From positions 29,173 to 93,172 of IMG/VR virus record IMGVR_UViG_3300021399_000107: 64,000 nucleotides of DNA. The stretch is one strand, 5' to 3'. This document shows positions 58,301-64,000 of the stretch, piece after piece. The position numbers and the translations under genes were made by a program. Below the pieces are notes generated by a model. It was not told the DNA's origin. It did not search any database and was given only the letters and a program-made list of their open reading frames with translations. The DNA is from a virus (Duplodnaviria > Heunggongvirae > Uroviricota > Caudoviricetes). Within the stretch, counting starts at the first letter, position 1. Each line of letters starts with the position of its first letter.

Positions 58301-60131
58301 TTTGATTTCTCCAATCCTTAATTTCTAGCTCCATATTACTCATTATAGTATCTACTTGAATTGGTTCATTATTTGCCGTAGTGACAAACAAATCGCGCCT
58401 TTGACCTGTACCTAGGTCAAGCTGAATCCAAATTCTAACATTCTTGTACTGTCCACGTCGCATTTTATAGATGTCAAGGACATGAGTTGGAAAATAGGAG
58501 CTATCTGTTACATATTTTGCGTCTAAGATATGAGACTGAACCGCTCCGCGCCAAACTGCTAATAGACCTTGAAGGTTCTTTGGGTTGACACGAGACATTA
58601 CAAAACCAATATCGCATTTATCTGCAATGCTTTTCGCCGTTACTTCCATTGTTACCAATGGCACTGACTATTTCTTACTTGTTTTTTGCAAGGAGCCCGT
58701 TTCCAATAACGTACCAATAGTTATTGTACTTCCCGATTAAGGGAATAGTCGATACATCGCTAAAGAAAATTTTTCTTCTATGACACGAGATTATCCAATA
58801 TGGACTTCCTCGTTAGCCGCAAACGCGACCCCGCCGGTCAGCGGTTAGGGACTCTTGGGGCACAACTATCAGAAACCCCTAATGCTCGTCTCATTCTTAA
58901 ACTCGCCATCATCGCCCATAGCATTAACATTTACCTGTGTCGCAGAACAAATAAAGATGTTGTAATCCTTAGCAATCTGCTTTAGTTGGTTCGCCATGAG
59001 CATAAGAATAGTAGCTTCATTTAGATTATTGCGCGCAAATTGATTGACCATACTCGCTGTACTATGAATATAGTCAAAACAAACAAACTTGATGCCCTCT
59101 ACTGTCACATAACGCTTAATCGTTGCTTCTACATTCACAAGGTTAGGGTCACTTATTTCTTCAATAAAAAAGTAACCAGAATAGTCATGTAGAATTTTAG
59201 CCGCAAACCTTACTCTTTGTTCTTCATCTGCTTCATAGCGACCCGTCAGGATGTGCGCTTCGTTGACCCCAGAAAGATAAGCAAGAATAATAGTTTGTAG
59301 TTCCTCTTTATCCATTTCTGTAACAATAAAAAGAACCTTATGTGCGCCGCATAATTGTCCATCTTCATCAACATCTTGCACAAAAATCTGTTTTTCGTGC
59401 GAATATCGTACAGGAAACGCTAATTTACAAGCATCAAAAATCATAGTACGACTTTTACCAGTACTAGAACTAGCTGATTTAAGAAAGAAACAACCCGGGC
59501 GCGCACCTCGACATATACTATTGAATATTTCTCCCTCTAGCGGCAAACCTACATCTGGCGTTTTCTTTAATGTATCAATTAGCTCAAAAATACCATCTGC
59601 TGGATCACCTTTAAGATGGCCGCCATTAAGATAATCATTTCTCACAGTATTATATTTTGCTTCAATAGTATTTAAAATATCTTCAAGCGAAGCGTCATCA
59701 AATTTTTGCTGTATCGCAATTTCTACCTGCGGGTCATCTATATCTTTCGGGTCTTTATAATATTCACTAATGTCATACCCTTCTTTTTTCAGACGCCGCA
59801 AGAGTGAATATTTCTTAACCCGCTCATAATACAAATTAAAGTTATCAAGAACGGCAAATTCGTAGGATGCTTTAAGAAAACCTAATCCATTATCTTTCTG
59901 ATAATGTTGAAAGGCGGCGCCACCTTTTGCAGCAATTTCTTGATCTATCTCATATGGAGTTAGCTGTGCGGCCCCATGTTCATACAAATTTTTAATTGCC
60001 ACAAAACAAATGCGCGCCAAAAGATTATCAAAATCGTATGGCTGGAGATTATCATAATCCAAAAACAGCATGCAATTTTTCATTAGGCATCCAATAATTT
60101 GCCGATAGCCTGTGTTGTCTGAAAGCGTCAA
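58290..60131 (-). CDS. Replicative DnaB-like (SF4) helicase, split by 1 group I intron; spliced 534 aa
   Basis: Exons 60131-58875 and 58637-58290; join SIRG|AKSIADKCD; SSSTGKS Walker A, VTEMD, FDYIH, SATQVN, KMRRG. Confidence 0.9.
58638..58874 (-). ncRNA. Group I intron 20 (helicase), ORF-less, 237 nt
   Basis: P1 GGGGT/GCCCC; CTAACGAGG, AATCTCGTG, GTATCGACTAT, AAATAGTCA; terminal G. Confidence 0.92.
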
Positions 60132-60142
60132 TGTTCTCCCCT

Positions 60143-60634
60143 CTAATCATCTAGAAAATCATTAGGGTCTAGTTCTTTAACGTTATGCGTTGGCGTTTCC
60201 TTCGGTTTCATATAGTATGTCTGTCTATTTTCAAACATTTGCACTGCCGTGACACTTTCTTTTTCAGGTAATGAATGTAAAATTTTGTAACGCTGCATTT
60301 CCTGATAAGTGCTTGTATTAATAAGATACAACGATTCACTCAATTTCTTCATCTTTTTTACATGATAAATGTAATCAAGACATTCGCAAATCATGGCATC
60401 AGTAAAACCTTGCTCCATAAGACGAACGCGTTCTGTCCAAATGCGTGGCCCCGGAGATTTAAGACCAAAAATTTCGCAAACTTTTGTGGAAAATTTATCG
60501 CGCGCCACCCTCTCGTCATAACATGATGGACAATAGTTGTGATAAACGGTACAGAGAGGCGGCGCATAGGAAATAAGCTCATTTTTAGGAAACAATTGTT
60601 TACAACCATAACATTTAAGAGTCTTTTCTGCCAT
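60143..60634 (-). CDS. Zn-finger protein upstream of helicase, possible loader or replisome factor (163 aa)
   Basis: CYGC...HNYCPSC; has its own promoter; function inferred from position. Confidence 0.5.
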   Translation of the reverse strand: MAEKTLKCYGCKQLFPKNELISYAPPLCTVYHNYCPSCYDERVARDKFSTKVCEIFGLKSPGPRIWTERVRLMEQGFTDAMICECLDYIYHVKKMKKLSESLYLINTSTYQEMQRYKILHSLPEKESVTAVQMFENRQTYYMKPKETPTHNVKELDPNDFLDD

Positions 60635-60653
60635 ATCTCATCCTCCTATGACT

Positions 60654-60682
60654 ATTATACCATAGTTTAGGAAAAAAGTCAA
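60654..60682 (-). promoter_or_regulatory. Sigma70/SigA-type promoter for helicase-primase-recJ operon
   Basis: TTGACT-N17-TATAAT with TG extension. Confidence 0.85.
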
Positions 60683-60683
60683 G

Positions 60684-60708
60684 AAAAAAGAGCCTTATTC
60701 AGGCTCTT
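60684..60708 (-). terminator. Terminator after AAA NTPase gene
   Basis: AAGAGCCT-GAATA-AGGCTCTT followed by a T tract on the minus strand. Confidence 0.7.
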
Positions 60709-61952
60709 GTAAGTGTCTTTAGTTCTTCCGAGAAAGCTTCTACAAGCTCGCCCTGTGAAGGAACGGCCGCGCTTAGCTTAAATTCAGATGAACCAAAAAT
60801 GCGTGAGATAATGTCTCGCATAATATTTAAACGTTGATCCTTTTCTTCGTCTGATTGCGCGCCTTCGAGATATGCAACCCAAAGACCCTTGGCTTCATCC
60901 ATAATCTCTTGGAAGCTGCGCTCTTGTAGCAGTTCCTGATGCTCGGCATGATCTACGACCACCGCGCCACCGATACTTTGTTCCTTCTCGATTGCGCGGC
61001 CGATAGCATCAACAAGCTCATTGTAACCAAATGGGATGCGCTCATCAAGATAGCGCCAACGACTACCAGCAAAAATTGTTGGAGTTTGACGAGTATAAAG
61101 CCAACGCTGGGCCTTATTGTTAGCATCAAATTCAACATTGATAAAGGCAATTAGGTCACAAATGGCATTACATACGGTATAGATATTCTTGCTTAGATCA
61201 GGTTCAACGCTTGTGATAGCATTGCCTTCCGAATCAGTATACGGTGACGCCTTTTCCTTACTATGGCAAATAAGGATGAGACCATATCCCATAATGGTGA
61301 TTTCACGAAGAGCTTCTTGTAGCTCCTTCGCTACTAACTTCCACCCTTGCAATTGTTATCTTATAGGCTTTTTATCCTATAATTCTTATATTTTCATATA
61401 AGTTCAGCATATCTTTTCATCCATCTTACTGGATGCCTAGTCTCGTGAGACTTTATATCATTAAAAATGTTTACTAGTCTTATGCGTTGCGGCTGGCTAG
61501 TTTTTTACCACTAACCTTCACCTCTGATTCCCTTAGTTAGGGTTCCAGTTTTTTACTAGGTGTTTCAATAATCTTTACAGATTAAAGCGGCCAAGCGGAC
61601 CGTATGGCACAAGGTTTATCTTTTCCACACCTTCGCGCGCACAAATGTACTTTTCGCAAAGGTCAGCAAGAATAGAGATAGTATCTACAGTTACCGTATC
61701 ATAGAGTTCATGAGCTCGCGGGTCTTTTAGCTCCTTAATGACGTTACGAAAATCAGTCCACTTTAGGATTGGTAGAGCGGTAATACCGCCAATGGCATGA
61801 TAACCAATTTCCGTAGCGAGAATTAGATTCTTGGGAAGCTGTGCGGCAAATGATGTTTTACCAACCTTAGGCTTCGAGTAAATCAGTATATACTTCCCAG
61901 ACAGCGACTTATCAATCACTGTTGGCTTGATATCAAAAATACTGAGCGCCAT
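60699..61952 (-). CDS. AAA_24/Sak4-like P-loop NTPase (putative recombination protein), split by 1 group I intron; spliced 334 aa
   Basis: Exons 61952-61599 and 61349-60699; join LVPYG|QGWKLV; YSKPKVGKT Walker A, VTVDT Walker B, LICHSK, AGSR. Confidence 0.8.
61350..61598 (-). ncRNA. Group I intron 21 (AAA NTPase), ORF-less, 249 nt, divergent P7
   Basis: P1 CGGT/GCCG; P10 CAAG/CTTG; AAAACTGGAA, AATCAGAGG; R CAACGCATA, S GATATGCTG; terminal G. Confidence 0.85.
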
Positions 61953-61987
61953 ATTCTACCTACCTCCGTTTAAAAGTATAACTGGGA

Positions 61988-62908
61988 TTATTCCCAGCTA
62001 TACTTATTGTCGGCAGGAGTGGCAGCGGGGCCTGGCGTAGTTACCTTTGCCTTACCCTTGGCAGAACGATTCTTAGCTTCTAGCTGCATCTGTTCAATTT
62101 CTGCTTTACGCTCATTGAAAGCTCGGTGAATATCATCTGGACTATATGCGAACTCTTCGTCTAGCGGAGGGTTGGCACCAACTACCACTAGCTCACGAAC
62201 GGTTCGTGTAGTAGTTTCTACAATCTCTTCGCCCCAACCTTCGCCGCCAGAAGTGTACGTTTCTTCGCGCGCAAGAACACGCAGACGAACATTTAGCACA
62301 ACGGTATTATTCACTTCAAGAGTACGGCGAGCATTTTCAACGTAATCAGGATCTTCAACCACGAACTCCATAACATTTAGCTTGCCGCCGTATCCAACCA
62401 CGCCGCCCTTAATAATTAGACGGCCAGTTTCGTCGCCCTCACTATTAACCTCATCGTGCATATCCATAATGAAAACCATTAGGCGCGCACGAGCCTTATC
62501 GGCACCATTGGTAATCTTATTTACAAAGGTTGTATTCAGAGCCCAACCTGTGACAACCTGTCCAGAACGCGCAACGAAAGAGTTCTCACGAATCTCGCCC
62601 TTACGCACACCGACCCTCTGCGCGGCGTCAAGACCTACGTTCTGGATAGTATTCATATTCTTTAGTTCTTGAATGGTCTGCCAACCGGGATGCTGCTTAC
62701 CAGTGCTGGTTAGAGGAGTAGCAAATACCTTGACGGAAATAATAGATTGCTCATCTACGCCATTGACATTCTCTGTTACAAGAATGTCTGCGACGGCGCT
62801 TTCCCATGCGCGACCATCACTTAGCTTACCATTATTAAAAGTTACATCACTTAGCTTACCACAAACTGTTACTTCATTTAGTGCCTGCTCATTAATATCT
62901 CGACTCAT
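61988..62908 (-). CDS. Putative single-stranded DNA-binding protein (306 aa)
   Basis: Two OB-fold-like halves (NEVTVCGKL...), low-complexity tail ending in SWE; next to a Sak4-like gene; highly expressed codon pattern. Confidence 0.55.
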   Translation of the reverse strand: MSRDINEQALNEVTVCGKLSDVTFNNGKLSDGRAWESAVADILVTENVNGVDEQSIISVKVFATPLTSTGKQHPGWQTIQELKNMNTIQNVGLDAAQRVGVRKGEIRENSFVARSGQVVTGWALNTTFVNKITNGADKARARLMVFIMDMHDEVNSEGDETGRLIIKGGVVGYGGKLNVMEFVVEDPDYVENARRTLEVNNTVVLNVRLRVLAREETYTSGGEGWGEEIVETTTRTVRELVVVGANPPLDEEFAYSPDDIHRAFNERKAEIEQMQLEAKNRSAKGKAKVTTPGPAATPADNKYSWE

Positions 62909-62973
62909 AAATTTTCTTCTCTCTCCATTTTCTTTCTAAATCACAATTAAAGGCGGGTTGCCCCGCCTATCAC

Positions 62974-63324
62974 TTACTCTTCGGCGTTCTTGGCAGCCCT
63001 CTTCGCGGCCCTCGCAGCCTTCTGCGCGGCATCACGAGCCTCAGCCTCAGCGATAGGATCGTAGCTTAGGCCCTTCTCAGTTAGGGTCTCATGACGGACA
63101 ACCTTAATCTGAGCCTTCTTGGTTTCGGTAGCGGGCGCAACCTCAACTTCCTCTAGGCGCTCAGTAACGCACTCCTTGCGGACTAGCTGATTGATAACAC
63201 CGATAACAGCGGATAGGGAAATACCTAGCGCATCTGCAATTTCCTGCTTGGTGAACTCAGAACCATAATTTGCCTTTAGATAATTTACAACCTTCTCAGT
63301 ATTTGGGGAAACAGTAATAGCCAT
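62974..63324 (-). CDS. Small HTH DNA-binding protein (116 aa)
   Basis: EFTKQEIADALGISLSAVIGVINQLVRK HTH; Ala/Lys-rich tail; strong codon bias; has its own promoter. Confidence 0.65.
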   Translation of the reverse strand: MAITVSPNTEKVVNYLKANYGSEFTKQEIADALGISLSAVIGVINQLVRKECVTERLEEVEVAPATETKKAQIKVVRHETLTEKGLSYDPIAEAEARDAAQKAARAAKRAAKNAEE

Positions 63325-63402
63325 AATTCATTTTTCTCCTTTTTATTAAATGTTTTTTTGAAGATGCGAGTTTTTTCTTTTCCCTCGCTCTTTTATATAT
63401 TA

Positions 63403-63431
63403 ATTATACCAGATTTACGCAAAAAAGTCAA
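63403..63431 (-). promoter_or_regulatory. Sigma70/SigA-type promoter
   Basis: TTGACT-N17-TATAAT with TG extension. Confidence 0.85.
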
Positions 63432-63799
63432 ACATTAGAATTATCAATTGTTTGAAAAATTTCGTTAGCGAGTGTCGCGGCTTCATCGTCGTTCTTTGTC
63501 TCGTTCATAATACGTTCTAGTCTTGGAATTACAACCCTGCCATAATATTGAGCAGTTTCTTGATACTTTAGGATTTCCGTTAGAAGCTGATTCTTAACAA
63601 TCATACAACCAACAAGAATTTGTAGATACTCAGAACGAGTTAGGGTAGCATTTGGGTCAGCTGTGAGCTTATCACGTAGAGCGCCAAATTTTTCGCGCAG
63701 CTCTTCGGCTGCTGGATTATCTTGGTCGCGACTTTCTTCTGCCGCGACTTCGCATTTTGTAACTACTTGCAGAAAAAGATTTGAAAATTGCTTGTCCAT
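63428..63799 (-). CDS. Hypothetical helical protein (123 aa from ATG 63799)
   Basis: RBS GAGG; follows the upstream stop. Confidence 0.65.
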   Translation of the reverse strand: MDKQFSNLFLQVVTKCEVAAEESRDQDNPAAEELREKFGALRDKLTADPNATLTRSEYLQILVGCMIVKNQLLTEILKYQETAQYYGRVVIPRLERIMNETKNDDEAATLANEIFQTIDNSNV

Positions 63800-63800
63800 A

Positions 63801-64000
63801 TTATTCCTCATTTATTACTTGAATAGTATCAACTTCATAATTATTTTTTCGCCCCTTAGAATTGCGTCCAGTTGCGGCAAAAGATGAAATTGAAAGTTTA
63901 TGTTTGCCAAGCTGAATATGAGTGACGCGCTTATTCAGTGCTGTGGCCGCGAGAATGGTATCCGTATCTTCCATTTTCATTGCCTTTACGCCACGCGCAG
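63801..64000 (-). CDS. C-terminal fragment of GyrA/ParC-like topoisomerase subunit (gene starts beyond the window)
   Basis: ARGVKAMKMEDTDTILAA and ATGRNSKG resemble beta-pinwheel blade repeats of the GyrA/ParC CTD; only 65 aa visible. Confidence 0.55.
   Translation of the reverse strand, partial: ARGVKAMKMEDTDTILAATALNKRVTHIQLGKHKLSISSFAATGRNSKGRKNNYEVDTIQVINEE

Overview
A 64 kb segment of a large tailed dsDNA phage (siphovirus-like, long tail; SPbeta/c-st-like gene order; host probably an anaerobic Firmicute, which is inference). Plus strand 1-40,900 is the morphogenesis module: terminase large subunit, portal, scaffold/protease, capsid, head-tail genes, major tail tube plus a paralog, a ~4,007-aa tape measure protein, Dit and a 1,925-aa Tal/RBP. 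Minus strand 40,946-64,000 is the replication and nucleotide module: RuvC-like resolvase, dUTPase, GIY-YIG, formate/nitrite channel, NrdG/NrdD, DnaE, RecJ, primase, helicase, AAA NTPase, SSB-like protein and a GyrA/ParC-like C-terminal fragment. The two halves converge on a bidirectional terminator. The fragmented ORF track is explained by 21 group I self-splicing introns in 9 genes: terL x4, head-tail gene x1, tail tube x4, tape measure x4, nrdD x1, dnaE x3, recJ x2, helicase x1, AAA NTPase x1. I placed every junction by hand from P1 pairing, a terminal G, P/Q/R/S core motifs, P10 where discernible, and restoration of an in-frame conserved protein motif. Seven introns carry homing endonucleases (2 GIY-YIG, 3 HNH, 2 Zn-ribbon/Vsr-like) and 14 are ORF-less. 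Other signals: two introns with C rather than U at the predicted 5' splice site, divergent but compensated P7 helices, early-type promoters inside late-gene introns, strong GCGC/GCGCGC iteration, CTA-dominated Leu usage in highly expressed genes, and a formate channel coupled to a formate-type class III RNR. No CRISPR array, tRNA or reverse transcriptase was seen. All splicing is predicted from sequence, not demonstrated.
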